Position numbers and translations under genes: made by a program. From Balanoglossus misakiensis (lineage: Eukaryota > Animalia > Hemichordata): a stretch of 64,000 nt of DNA. Numbering within the stretch: position 1 is the first letter of the stretch; every line of letters begins with the position of its first letter. The notes below the pieces were generated by a model. That model worked only from the letters and a program-made list of their open reading frames with translations. It was not told where the DNA came from and ran no database searches. Positions 24,974-37,400 of the stretch are shown here, one piece after another. The DNA lies in NCBI GenBank assembly GCA_040954595.2, contig CM082591.2, positions 5,425,009 through 5,489,008 of the forward strand, read 5' to 3'.

Positions 24974-27856
24974 TCATTCTGCATCTGAGGTTTCTGTCAT
25001 GAAGACGCTGTCAGTTGCTGGCTCGAAATTTTCACCATTAGTGCCGGAGACTTTACTCTCACCACCGTTGCTATCATCACTGCTCTCTTTCCTCAGAAAA
25101 TCATCCACCAAGTTTGCCGTACGTAATTTTTCCTCCATTTCCTGATCGGAATCTGATGGCGGGATGGTCACATTTTCACCCAAGTTGAAGCTCACCCTAC
25201 TCTTTGTCCTTGGGGTCATATCTGCTTCTGGTCCGACAGTCTCAGATGTTTCATCTGTAGACTCCTTTTCCTGGGTCTCTTTCACTTCTGATTGGCTCTT
25301 GGCCTCTGCCTCGCCGCCATCTTTATTTCCTGATTGGCTGTCCACATGGGCATGACTCTCTTCTGGAGACTCTGATTGGCCATCCTTGGTATTTACATTT
25401 TTGCCAGGGATTTCTCCATCTGACTGGTCAGTCAAACCACCCTGGTCACTGGATTCTTTTGCTTCAGATGCCTTCCCTAGATCTGCATCTTTGGAATCTG
25501 ATTTCACATCTCCCTTCTCATTGGCCGCAGCATCATCACCAGACTTCTCATCTGCCATCTGATTGGTTTCAGCATCATTCTGTTGGGCGTTCTGATCCAC
25601 CTGCTGCTCATCGGTAATTTCGCAGCCCTGAGGCTCCGGCCGTTCAGTCTTCTGCATCTTGCTTGCAGCACTTTTTGGTCGTCTGCCGCCAGATCCTGGT
25701 CTCCCTGATAGCGGGGGAGTTGGTGGTTTGCCATTTGTTGCTGATGCTGGCCGAGGTTTTCCTGCAGGTGGTTTCGGCTGTTCCTTACCAGCATCTTCAG
25801 TCTTCCAAGTATAATTTCTCACTGGACTTCCGTCGCTGGTTTCGCTGCCACTTAAGGACGACCTCTTTGCAGTTGGACTGGGACTCCTTGCATCTCTGGG
25901 CGACTTCTTAAGCCCTGTGTCTACCTTCAATTTGGCCGAGGTAGCTCTCTCAATCCTTTCCTTTGCGAGTTTAGGAATTATATTGTCCAGAGTAGGATCA
26001 GTCCAAAGTTCTTTAGCCTTTTTTGCCTCCTCTCTCAGTTTCTGGCTGTTGTCATCTTTGCGTTTCTGCTGCAGCCACTGATCATAGGTCATCCCACCCA
26101 TGGGATTGGTTTTCTTCTTTGCCTGAGAAGGCGCTGATGATGGTCTGTTGTTTGGAGTTGTGGTCTTCTGAGTATACGCACTTCCAGGTCGCCTGTGCCT
26201 GTATCCACTTGTCCCAGTTCCAGCAGCACTACTTCTACTTCTTCCCCTGGGATCAGCACTGGCTGGATGCACCTTGTTCCTTGCCTTCCTCGGGGGCCTT
26301 TTCCCGTGTGTGTCTGCTTGATTCTCCTTTCCCTGCTCATCACTTTTCCCATCAGAACTCTCCGTCTTTTTATCACCCTCACCTGACCCCTGCCCTTCCT
26401 TCGTCCCCTCTTTCTCCAACCCTTCACCCTCCTTCCCCTCTAACCCTTGCTCTGTGGCGAGAGGTTTATCCTTCTTCATTTTGGTTGCCATAGCAGCCTT
26501 CCTCTTTGCTTCTTTAGCCTTCAGCTCTTCAAGTTTCTTTGCTTTCTCCTCTTGCTCTTTCTCCATCATTTCCTTTTCTGTGAGTTTTTTCTGTTTCTGT
26601 TTCCTCCTCATCAGTAAAGTCTGCTTTTTCGTCTTCTTCAACCAGTCGGTATATATATCCTCGGCTTCCACCATCCTTTCGATCTTCTTCTCGCTCTCTT
26701 TCTGCTCAGCTCTCCTCTCCTCTCTCTCCTTCTTACGTTTCTCTCTCCTCTGCTTTCTTAACATCGCGTTCTTCTTCTTCAGCCACGACAAAAGTTCAGG
26801 GTTCTTGCTATCCCCCAACTTGTGGTCGGAGTGTTGGACTTCTTTGGGCGGTCTAGGAGACGGTACCTGCAGGACTCCCGGTGAGAGAGGCATGGACATC
26901 GGCGGTGGCATCTTGAGTTCTCGTCGGAATTTCTTCCGCCGGACGTTTGCGACTCTGCGGTTGTCCCGATCCATGCTGGGATCGTAATGCGGCAGACCCA
27001 GTCTGGCTGCCGGGATGTGAAGCATGGACAGCAAAGAGGTTGTCCTCCTGACGTCGTCGTTGTCGACGTTTCTACTTTTCGTTTGCGGTGCTGGGTAGGT
27101 GTACGAGATCATGTCCCTGGGAGATGAGTATTTCAAAATTCCTTTTTGTTGAGTTGATCTCGATGAGTACAGTTCCTTGTCGGTTGTGTCACTGTCCAGG
27201 ACAGCGGAAAACGAGACTCTTTTGAAACTCGTGCTGTGCTGGTCGCCTGAGTGATCCAGATCGTCATCAGAATGACTGTCTTGGCTGTCAGATGCTGATG
27301 AGCTTGATGAAAATCTGATTCTCTCGCGCCGTTTCTCAGATTTTTCCCGAACAGGTACTTCCTCTACTATTACAACTTCTTCAATGTCTTCATCAATGTC
27401 TTCAAACTCCTCATCAGCATACGCTGTTTCTTGAACTTCGGTCTTACGCTGCCAAGACGCAGACTTTACCCTTGACCCCCCTGGGTCTGGGTTTGACCTT
27501 GGCTTTCTCTCGTGCCCTGCTGATTTCACACGCCGGGGTCGATGGCCATCCCTGTGGCCACCCTCCGAGTGGTAAGAGTACCTATTCCCATGATGCTCCG
27601 GGGCGGACCTGGGCATCCCTAAGGCTGATGCTGATTGGTGGGTTTGTAGGAACTGTTGCTGCAGCGATGCCTGGCTCTCTACGTACTGGTTCAGTAACAG
27701 CTCTTGCAATTCGTGGTATTTCTTGACAAGGACTTGTTCAGCATGTCTCCGTGATGACAGTCCAATCTTTGACCTTCTCTGCTGATCGCCGTCCTCTTCA
27801 TCAAGAATGGTTTTCAAGAGGTCCATGTTTTTCGATTTGGATCTTGGCCTTGACAT
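24974..27856 (-). CDS. Large charged, largely disordered coiled-coil protein (CCDC181/CCDC34/MAP9-like WL..K helical motifs), 960 aa, essentially one coding exon
   Basis: 2.9-kb uninterrupted ORF in otherwise AT-rich DNA, with a splice acceptor (tttttcacag, 27858) one base before the ATG. A candidate upstream exon ending ATGAA|gtgagt at 29433 would add MK in frame. Motifs LLSWLKKK, IYTDWLKK and TYDQWLQQK lie in Lys/Glu coiled coil. Coding status is strong; the family call is tentative. Confidence 0.85.
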   Translation of the reverse strand: MSRPRSKSKNMDLLKTILDEEDGDQQRRSKIGLSSRRHAEQVLVKKYHELQELLLNQYVESQASLQQQFLQTHQSASALGMPRSAPEHHGNRYSYHSEGGHRDGHRPRRVKSAGHERKPRSNPDPGGSRVKSASWQRKTEVQETAYADEEFEDIDEDIEEVVIVEEVPVREKSEKRRERIRFSSSSSASDSQDSHSDDDLDHSGDQHSTSFKRVSFSAVLDSDTTDKELYSSRSTQQKGILKYSSPRDMISYTYPAPQTKSRNVDNDDVRRTTSLLSMLHIPAARLGLPHYDPSMDRDNRRVANVRRKKFRRELKMPPPMSMPLSPGVLQVPSPRPPKEVQHSDHKLGDSKNPELLSWLKKKNAMLRKQRREKRKKEREERRAEQKESEKKIERMVEAEDIYTDWLKKTKKQTLLMRRKQKQKKLTEKEMMEKEQEEKAKKLEELKAKEAKRKAAMATKMKKDKPLATEQGLEGKEGEGLEKEGTKEGQGSGEGDKKTESSDGKSDEQGKENQADTHGKRPPRKARNKVHPASADPRGRSRSSAAGTGTSGYRHRRPGSAYTQKTTTPNNRPSSAPSQAKKKTNPMGGMTYDQWLQQKRKDDNSQKLREEAKKAKELWTDPTLDNIIPKLAKERIERATSAKLKVDTGLKKSPRDARSPSPTAKRSSLSGSETSDGSPVRNYTWKTEDAGKEQPKPPAGKPRPASATNGKPPTPPLSGRPGSGGRRPKSAASKMQKTERPEPQGCEITDEQQVDQNAQQNDAETNQMADEKSGDDAAANEKGDVKSDSKDADLGKASEAKESSDQGGLTDQSDGEIPGKNVNTKDGQSESPEESHAHVDSQSGNKDGGEAEAKSQSEVKETQEKESTDETSETVGPEADMTPRTKSRVSFNLGENVTIPPSDSDQEMEEKLRTANLVDDFLRKESSDDSNGGESKVSGTNGENFEPATDSVFMTETSDAE

Positions 27857-28075
27857 TCTGTGAAAAACAAGGAATTTTCAATATTTATGTACTTCATAAT
27901 TTAAATGAAGCACTTATGTAAATTTTACTATCCTAGTGATAATTGAAGTTAAACAATTTTAAGATCTGCCATTTGAACACATGTACTGTAGATTAATTGA
28001 CAATATTTTATGAAATATTTTAAACAAACTTTAATATCCAATTTTAATGGTTAGGTAAGGTGTTTATGTGGATAA

Positions 28076-28089
28076 GTTACCATGGCAAT
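28076..28089. promoter_or_regulatory. RFX X-box candidate (GTTACCATGGCAAT)
   Basis: Close match to the palindromic GTTGCCATGGCAAC consensus, 220 bp upstream of the 960-aa ORF. Confidence 0.45.
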
Positions 28090-29842
28090 CGCTGTAAAGC
28101 AAAACTGCGCGCAATTTCTTTTCAATGGTGAGATGGAACACCGTGTATTAATAGAGATGAATTAAACCTGGTTTGAACTATCATTAGACCCCTGTTACAG
28201 AGCTGTTATTGAATTTATACGTAGCATAGAAAACTCTGTAATCATCAATTTAAAGTGTAAAGGTAGGTTGTATACTGAGCATACAAACCAATGCATTTAC
28301 AATGTATGTGTAAGGCCATCAATGGATCCTTAGAGAATATAGAAATCAATGGATCTATTATCATTAATAACAATTCTGAGTAATTGCGTGACTTGCTTCG
28401 CTCGAGTGTTTTTTTTTTCAAAATATGTGGCATCCCCAGAGCTTTAGGTTATGCTTACTGTTATAATAGAACACTGATGTTAGTGCTGTATGGCTGATAA
28501 TTTAAAGTGTTACGAAAAATATCGGCAGAAAATAAAATTTTAAAGATCTCTTAAACTCTCATTAAAAAAGTGAAATGTTTTCAAACATAGACATTTTGTT
28601 TTCAAAAATTCATATATTAGTATTACTACTGCTCGCAATATTTCATGAACAGTTGTGCGACAGATCCCCTGTTTCTCCATTGGGATCTCATCCACCACAA
28701 TTGGTTGTATTGAAAACACATTTACCAGATTTGTGTGCGTCATTTAGCTTGACAACCACAAGGAACGAAATCTCCTGCCGCGGTAATTGTTAGCACTTAA
28801 ACCACCATTCATCAAACTATTGGATCAGAATGAAAAACGCTGCAGGGTGATCAAGGCTTAGGCGTTTCCTTCCATCAGTTTTGTTTATTTTTCTCTCCCA
28901 TGAAGAGTGATATCTGAGATTAAATTATCACTTGAAAAAGCAATCCGGCAGCCTCAGCACAGTGTATATTACTCGCATGTTACAGTTAAACAAAAAGGCA
29001 AAATTCTGGTGTGACCAATGTAAATATTTCTAACTTCAACATTTTTTTCATATAATTTTAAAGTGTAGAATTTTTGTTCCATTAAATTTCTTAACATTTA
29101 CATTATTTACAATTCATAAAAAGTAACAAAGAAACAGGTTCATGATTTGAATTTTGTCAGTATCAAGTCTGATAAATAATTAATATTCTGATAGCCAATA
29201 TGAGAAATTCACTAGTAAAAACTGAATTTTTGATTTCTTCAAGTTTTTGAACATCATGGTTCAAATTTCAGGTATTTCAAAAGACTCAATGCCAGTCTGT
29301 AACAAAGAGTGATTTTTTCTTCAAAGTAATTCTAATTTATCTAAGTTAATTTGAAAATGCACTGTATAAGGACCTCCATCATGAAAACAAATAAAATTGC
29401 ATTGATTTGTTTTCATTAAAATGTCCACTCACTTCATGAATCGGATTAATAAGACGTGGCACTGTTTTATTAAAACTCTTGAGTGAGTCATGGATCACAT
29501 ATGCAATAAGACAGCTGTCTTTGTCAATCACACTCACAGTCAAACTGATTTAGCACAAAAACAGGAAAAAGTGCCATTTGACAACAAAGTCTTGTGGGCA
29601 TATCGGCCAAGTCTCGTATTTCATGCGTCTAATGATGTGCTGAAGTACAGTGTGTGTGTGTGCTATATATGTCAGTTATAGCAATATTGCGCATCGACGT
29701 TACTGGTACAGTTCGACTGCAATAGATTATACACTAAGTGACACTGACAGTGTCAAGGCAAAGTGATTTAACCAGGTACAGGTAATTTAACTGACAGTGT
29801 TGAATTTTAAAAAACAACAACACCAGTAGAATTCTCGTTGCC

Positions 29843-29856
29843 ATTGCCATGACAAC
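29843..29856. promoter_or_regulatory. RFX X-box candidate (ATTGCCATGACAAC)
   Basis: Close match to the X-box consensus, just upstream of the candidate first exon of the 960-aa gene. Confidence 0.45.
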
Positions 29857-32800
29857 CTGGCTTATGGCTGATGTGACTGTATATTACTTTTTCATATTCT
29901 AATACTTAATATGAATTTTTAATCAAAATATACATGTACTCATAAATAGATCAGTACATGTATATTTACGACAAATATTTGTGAAGGGGATAACTACGTT
30001 CATGTCTTAAGTACCGTAAATTTATTAAGAAGTATTTATAAATTGAACGTCTTTGTCAAAATAAATTGAATATCATAGAAAATGTCGGATAAAAAGTTCC
30101 ATATATCAGTACATGTACTACTAGATGTGAAAATGAAAGCAAAAAGCTATGGAAGTACTTGCACACAGAATGATTGGAGATTTTCATTTTAAGTATTTGT
30201 GCATCGCAAATTACACAAAAACTCAGCAATGTATTATATATATAATACAAGCCTCTCAGAAAGTAATTATTTGTTGCTATGTATGGAAAACTCAATCATC
30301 TTCCTGGCGTTGTCCTGGGATGCATTTCACAATCTAATCATTACTTTCACACAATTTATTACGGACCCATATAATCTAATAGACAGGGCAACGTTTTATC
30401 TAATTCGATTATAATCACAATCAGTGATGCATTTGGCGGCAATTTACGTCAAAATATTTTCAAGTAATTTCCCATGGTGGTAAATTGCTTGGCATAACTA
30501 CTTCTATCCTAGGCAACTGGTATACAATGAATTTAATTACTTATCGAAAATATAGACGTTAAAGTAGATTTATTTTTGATAGTTGTTCTTAATGGTGGTT
30601 TAGAGATGCTTGAATAAATTTGCATAAATTCGGGACTGACAATACATGTGAGGAACCTAAAATACATCCAACACAAAACGGGTATAGTTATAATATAGAA
30701 CTATACAGACTTATTGCTGAATGTTCTTCATAGAATAACTGTCCTTGCTGATGTTTCTACATACTTTTCAAACCAGAAAAGAAAGAAATTTGTAATATGG
30801 GTCGTTGTTGACATTCTGCCAATGCTAGGATGTGGCTGCTATATTCATAGTTGTGTTACTTAACACACAACTGTCATACTCTGAATTCGAAATTAGAAAG
30901 GGGGAAAGCCACATGTATTTTTTCCAAAGCATGTTCCAGAAAATGCACTCAGGGCTGTACAGCTGGTAAAATATGAATGCGTAATTTTGATGAGGTCACC
31001 TGGAAACAAATGCAGTTGAAAATGTAATCGTTATAAGGTTATGTCGCCAAACAAAGCAGTCTGACAGTATAGTACTGAAATATTAATACGTTCTGCGTTA
31101 AACATACTAAACCTGACAAATGGAATATTGTTGGATATTTCAGCTTTATCCAGGGATGTATGTACAATTTAATGAATGTTGTCAAATAGTAGTAATATAA
31201 ACATATGTGAAATATAAAAAGCATTTCACATTTTTGTACTTCAATGAATTATGAAGTCGAATAATTTCACAATGATATATGATATGATGTAACATAATAC
31301 AATACTTTGAGAAGTACTAACACTAGTGCTGAGAACGATAAATATCTCGTGATTTAAGAGGTGCACCCTGATTACATTGGCCTCCACACACCCCGCCATA
31401 AGCCGTGTTTGTGTTCAATGGGGGCGTTTTATTTGCAGATCAATATTTCAAGCTACAAATGGACGTCAACAGAAAGTCACTGCAAATTGTTTACAAGACG
31501 ACATGTCACATCACTTTTTATGTTCTGAAGTTAGTTGTAGCATTTGTCGTGTATGGGTTGGTGTATGTATTTCATTTTCAAATCAAAGTTAGCTCGAGTG
31601 AGCCTTTCAACTATGATGTGCGATTCATCAATTGTCATTTTTGACATCTACATGCATGTACTGCCCCTACGCTTGAAATGGACATCTACTGCACATCTGC
31701 ATGGAGTGAGAAAATGTCCATTTCTACTAAGTACATGTATATCTGCAGATCAACCTATTTCCCCAGAAGTACTGGCCCAGGTCACCAGATAAATACATTT
31801 CATTTGATCAGGGCATGGTATGACACTACACCCGTAAACTGTGTGTACAGTGTACGTACGGTGTTTATTATTGCCAATGGGGTCACTTGATCACATGCAG
31901 ATTACATACTATTACTAGGACGATCAGAGTATCAATGTTGTAGGCGACGTGTTTGGGGTTTTGCAAGACACGCTGGACTTTTGAGTCCCTATACACCATT
32001 CTCAAGCACCAAAATACCACTGCAATAAGCTTAGAAGTTATACGATCCCGGTCCGGAAGACTTATGTCTTGAAATTCCGGTGGACAACGTAAATTCAATT
32101 GTATCTCCACTAGGCTACAACTTACCTTCATGATAAGATCACGGTCAAAATCTCTGTGCCTTTATGGTCATTTATCCGTGTTTTGTCACTTTCTCGTCAG
32201 TCGGTTCCTTGTCTAAGTCTCTGACATCGTCGATCGCTCCAGTTGTAAATGAGACTTGAGAAAAACTAATAGAGTCGCCACCGAAGACCTCGTTGTCACC
32301 CTAAACACGGGAAATCCGCAACAGGAAACTAAACAATGGTCAACAAAATTTACATAATATAAGCTGTTGAGTGTGCCATTCACACCCATTCCGTTACCCG
32401 AAATAACTGTCTTGCTGAACAAAGTAATGGATAGTGTAGCGAAGTAGGAATAACGATTGCCTGTTTTAGTAAATCACGATAATTTGGTATCACAAAATTA
32501 AACAGGCATTTTAATCTGGAAATTTCGCCCTGTGGACATTTCCAGTGGGAGTGTAACGTAAGAGCTCATTATTATCGTCGTTACTAAGCAGGATCTGGGC
32601 AAAACTATGTAGGCTCAGTGGACCTGGAGAAGGTGCGCTTATCGCCGATCATACTTTAAAATTTAACTTTGAATAAATTATATTGAAGGAAAGGACAATT
32701 ATAACGGCCTTGAGTAGTTTTAGAATGGTATCGCAGAAAATCCGCGGTTTGACGGGTTTAAAAGTAAACGAGATAGAGCGCCTCACCCCTAATCTCAATA

Positions 32801-33589
32801 GTGGTAGGTTCCGTGAAGCGTATATGGAAACCGTAATCGTCAAGTAATGTGCTGGGTGTATTTGGCGGAGGCTCTAGGCTTGTTCCTAGATTAACCGCAA
32901 AAACAAGACGATTTATAAATGAACGGCGACATTTCGTAGGTCACACGGGATACTCACAGGTATGTTATTATATGAAGCGTGTTCCGACTCTATCGTGGAG
33001 TCGTGTTCGTGCTCGGGTGGCTCACAATTCGACAAATGCTAGTTGAGTTTAGATTGTCAATATCATAACATTTAGCAACATACAGGAAGCAGACGCGGAC
33101 GCGGTGTTAGCGTGTTTACATGTGTATTATGAAAGGATTCGGGGAGAGACAATTGTAGCCAGGTGACAACGATGATGTTAAATAAAATCCCGGGGGAAGA
33201 TTCGAACGACATGATTACATGGCCACATTCTGCTGGAATTTTCATACCACGTACATGCATGTATGTACAACAAGTATCCAACGTCTCAATATATCAGTCC
33301 ATACAGACTGTCACATACCTACCAGTCTGCCTCCTATCCCTAATGCGTTCATGATGATGACCAGGCTCAAACGTTTTCCTGATGGTCATCTTTGAATAAT
33401 AACTTGTCATTTTCTACCTGTATACCGATCGCACAAAGGCATTCTTTGTTTCAGTAATTATGCCACACCTTTTCACAGACCATGAATGTGGACTGTGGCC
33501 CTGCTAGTACAAAATTCAGTTTTCCTATCTGCAGGTCTACTTACAGTCAAGAAACGGTTGAATTAAATTTCACTTCATTTGCAGTTACC

Positions 33590-34456
33590 ATGGCTCAAGG
33601 ATCAATAACGAACCGGTCACGTTCCTACTACGACGAGCCAATATCGGGGCAGATGACGAGGGAAGAACGAGAAAACCTCTACCGCGATAAATCGGTGAAA
33701 TTGACCGCGTTTTCCCCCAGACCGATCCAGAAGCTGACGGAAAGGAGACCGCCCAAATCCCAGGCCAATATCGAAATGAACCACAAACTGCGCACCAGTA
33801 TTCCGGAGTCGACGAGAGTGGAATCGTCGGAGCCGTATAGACTGTGGCTGCATGCCGGTCGTCGGGAACCGCCCTTTCCGACGCGCTGGGATCCTAGTTA
33901 CGACAGCAACGCGTGGAGAAATTTTGGTCTCTCGCAGGGCGTCAAGTTCGACGCGAACGGCAGGAATATCACGGAGATGATAGCGTCCATGTATCCGATT
34001 AAAGTGCCGCCCCACTCCGAATTAGGCGAATATAACTACGCGAAGTTTCTCGCGGAAGTCCCCGTAGTTCGAGACGGTAAAAGACGCAGTATAGCAATCT
34101 CTAAATCCGAGTTGAACCTCGAGGAGTTCCAGAAGTTAAAAGTTCGCAGCGAAACGAGAGTTCCGCCGTTAGATCAACACGGACATATACGACCCCCGTC
34201 GAAATTTAAACGATACGACCACCGTCATGTACCAACTCCTGAAACGACAACTGATCAGCTGCGGAAAATGACTCAGATCGAGCGAGACATCGAAAGGAAT
34301 ATTCTGGGAACTCGACAGAAGCCTCATTATCCGCGAATATGGAAATTAAGCTTCAAGTCGAATAACCCAGAGTATGATAAAGTTCGGCAGGAAACAGAGG
34401 AGAGAAAACGTGGTGTTAAAAAACCGCAAATCGTTTTCTATCAATCACTCAGATAA
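33590..34456 (+). CDS. TEX52: Testis-expressed protein 52-like, 288 aa, single coding exon
   Basis: Blocks WLHAGR..PFPTRWDPSYDSNAWR, IKVPPHSELGEYNYAKF and EEFQKLKVRSETRVPPLDQHGHIRPPSKFKRY recall mammalian TEX52 ([37 protein letters not shown]). An acceptor (tttgcag, 33584) places the start at ATG 33590 rather than 33482. Candidate 5' UTR exon donor at 32959/32960. Confidence 0.85.
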   Translation: MAQGSITNRSRSYYDEPISGQMTREERENLYRDKSVKLTAFSPRPIQKLTERRPPKSQANIEMNHKLRTSIPESTRVESSEPYRLWLHAGRREPPFPTRWDPSYDSNAWRNFGLSQGVKFDANGRNITEMIASMYPIKVPPHSELGEYNYAKFLAEVPVVRDGKRRSIAISKSELNLEEFQKLKVRSETRVPPLDQHGHIRPPSKFKRYDHRHVPTPETTTDQLRKMTQIERDIERNILGTRQKPHYPRIWKLSFKSNNPEYDKVRQETEERKRGVKKPQIVFYQSLR

Positions 34457-37400
34457 CTAACCATTGACAATTTCGTCACGTGAAAGCTATTATTATCAGC
34501 TCTTTTTTTATAGCAGTAATTTGAGGGGTGGTTGTTTATCAGATATTGAACCTTCAGAATCTAATCATGTTTAATATTCATGTGGCAGAACTGACAAGAT
34601 CTGGCCTTTATTAAGGACTTTGTTTAAAAGTGACGTATTAATATCAATCTACGCTATTAATCAACAATATTCTTGTTTTGTGGGAGTCAGAATTCCTGGC
34701 ATCCTATTCAGCCTAATCATGATAAATTATCAAAACCCTTATGATAAATAATGAAGACTTTCCTAATATTAAAGGTATCTGATCACATTACAAGTGACAC
34801 CTGTAGAGAATATCAGACGATGGTACTTTAAAGCAAACAATCCTTGATTACACATTATGTGCTTGTGTGCTGGGGATAGGTTTTAACTGGTTTACATTTG
34901 TAAACCAAAAGATTTACTGGTGAATTTACAGGGCTCATTCAAGGTCAAAGGTGAATTGGATATAGTATGTTTACCCATAATGCAAAGTGGTGCATGCCAT
35001 AGAATTGACTTCCTGTATGCTATGACAATGTAAATATTTAGTTACTGTAAATATATATACTTTTGATATCAAACATAATTACATTTTTTCAGATCAGAAA
35101 TATTGATAATCATTTTGATTCACCTTTATTTTTTAACTAATCAAAGAATTGTCGTTTATTAAAATCTAATCATTGTTTTTGAGATGTAAAATCATAAGAA
35201 AATTTGTCCTAATTTCTCCAAATGATTTTTCATGATTATACCTCTACTAGACTGAGGCAGACATTTTTATAACGTATTCAATCGATTGCTGACAAATATT
35301 TACCAAATGAATTTTTCCCCGTTTTTTTTTTTTGGGGGGGGGGGATCAACTTTTCATGTTGCTCAACTTTTTAAGGAGTCACTGTATTCGAATGTAGTTG
35401 TCCAATGAACTGACATCTATGTCTTTGAGATCGTTACCTCACATGAAACGCTTTTATCAGTAAATAATTATTTTTCTCTTTCGGTACGCAGCCATAGGTT
35501 TAAGAGCATCTGCAAAACTGCAATTCACTTCTTTTTTTTAATAAAAAAATTAGCTTGAAATGAAAATAGAGTTATTAAAATTCCACAGCTCCCATGCAGT
35601 GATAAATGCATTGCGATAAGTGCCATATTTCTTTTGATGTTAGCCACGTGACAGGTATATCCCACTGACTCTCAAGGAATTTGTCGAACAGCAAATTGAT
35701 TTGTCAGAGTTCAGGTAATTGTTGTGGACATTCTAGCAATATTCAGAGAAATGATGGAAAAATTTAGAACCGGTAAGTTTGACTTGTAGGAATGTAGAAA
35801 AGGGGAACAAATCATTTCCGATATGAAACAGCTTTGATGGGAATGTTTGACATATGGAAATTTACTGAAATTATCATGCAGCCTCTCTCTTGGTGATTGG
35901 TCAACTTGCTTTGAATGGCTCTTTGTGATTGGTCAAATAATTTTAATGCTGCAAGTCATTAACATAATAATCATTTGGACCACACAATCAAAGGGAATCA
36001 AATAATTGGTCAGTCAGTCGGTAGAAAGCTTCCATTATATCAGTGATTTGTTGTTTATGAAACTGTAGCTCAGGAAACTCAGTTTTAATCACATATTTGA
36101 TAGCCTTCCACAAAAAATGCCTCAAAATCATTTGACTCTTGACAGCGACTTAATGAATTATGCCTGCGTATATGACAATTCATTTAGAAGTTTACTTTTT
36201 GTAAGGGTACCGAAGGGGGAAATTTTGACAATCTGTTTGTATGTGTTAAAAGATAATATGAATTGTGTTAATGAACTTTGTACAAGCTTTGTAAGTCTCA
36301 TATGTGTCTTACAGTTTATTTCCTTGTCATGTAGGTGTAATAAGATGTCAATCATACAGAAAAAAAATGTTTGTACTAATTGTAATGAAATAATTCTATG
36401 GTATTAAATTAACAAATTTTTGTTGTGGTTATAACTATCATGGTGGTTAGTATGTTTTCTTTTTGTGTTAATTTTGAAGGGACAATGTTGATAACTTCTG
36501 AATGTTTAGTTTTATCTAAAAAGATATATTTATATTGTTATTTCTCTACTACTGAACTGTGCTATATCAATGGTTCATAATCTTGATACAGCTATGCTTG
36601 TTCGCAGACCCTGGGTATGACTGTTTTGGAGGACAGTTGAAAAGTAAGAAAAAATAAAATTGTCCTTACTGCTGAAAAGGAAACTCCCACATCATTACCC
36701 CGATTTGAGCAATTTTCAATTAAAATTCAAACTACTTGCTGGAATAAAGTGTTTCACTTTGCGGTCCACTGAAGCCAGCTGCCCAATTGAAACTAATAAT
36801 GTACTTAAGGTGCACTAAGCGTTCTTGTTTACTTTCCCCCGGTGGGCAAAGCTACGACACAACACAATCTGTTGTGTGAGTAATCAGTACATCCACCTGT
36901 CGTCTAGGGCAACTAAACACTGCTTGCAGTTAAGCTATAAATTAATTTTTTTGGACAATACAAACTAAATAAATAACAAACAATAAACAATGAAAATAGC
37001 TTACCAAACAAAAATGGAAGACAGTTTTGACATAAGGAACACAAGACTTTATTAGTTTCTATGTGAGATTGTACTGAAAATTTAAACTAAGCTTCAGTAC
37101 ACTTGTAATGTCTAGACTTGTTTTGTGTCAGTGTTGTCGGCTGGGCTTTGATCAAAGCCCCAGTGTCCCTGCAGGTCAAAGGTCGGAGACCCCTCTACAG
37201 ATGTTGACAAGTCTCCAATTCACTCTAGGCCTTGTGACAAAACTCCTGGTATTTCTGAAAGGGGTACATTGTGAGTGTGCATGTAGATCAGATGAGTCAA
37301 TTAAGTACAGAATTTAGTATGTGCGATGTACTTGTTACAAGTTTGCAGCAATGTCTGCATATTACCTTATTCAAACTGAATTTACTCACCACACAATAAT

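Noticed and set aside
26023-26987. Hydrophobic Phe/Ser/Leu-rich plus-strand ORFs (156 and 177 aa)
   Set aside because: Antisense shadows of the Lys/Glu-rich 960-aa ORF, not membrane proteins.
33482-33589. N-terminal 36 codons of the 324-aa ORF
   Set aside because: Mostly upstream of a clear polypyrimidine/AG acceptor at 33584; probably intron, so the start was moved to 33590.
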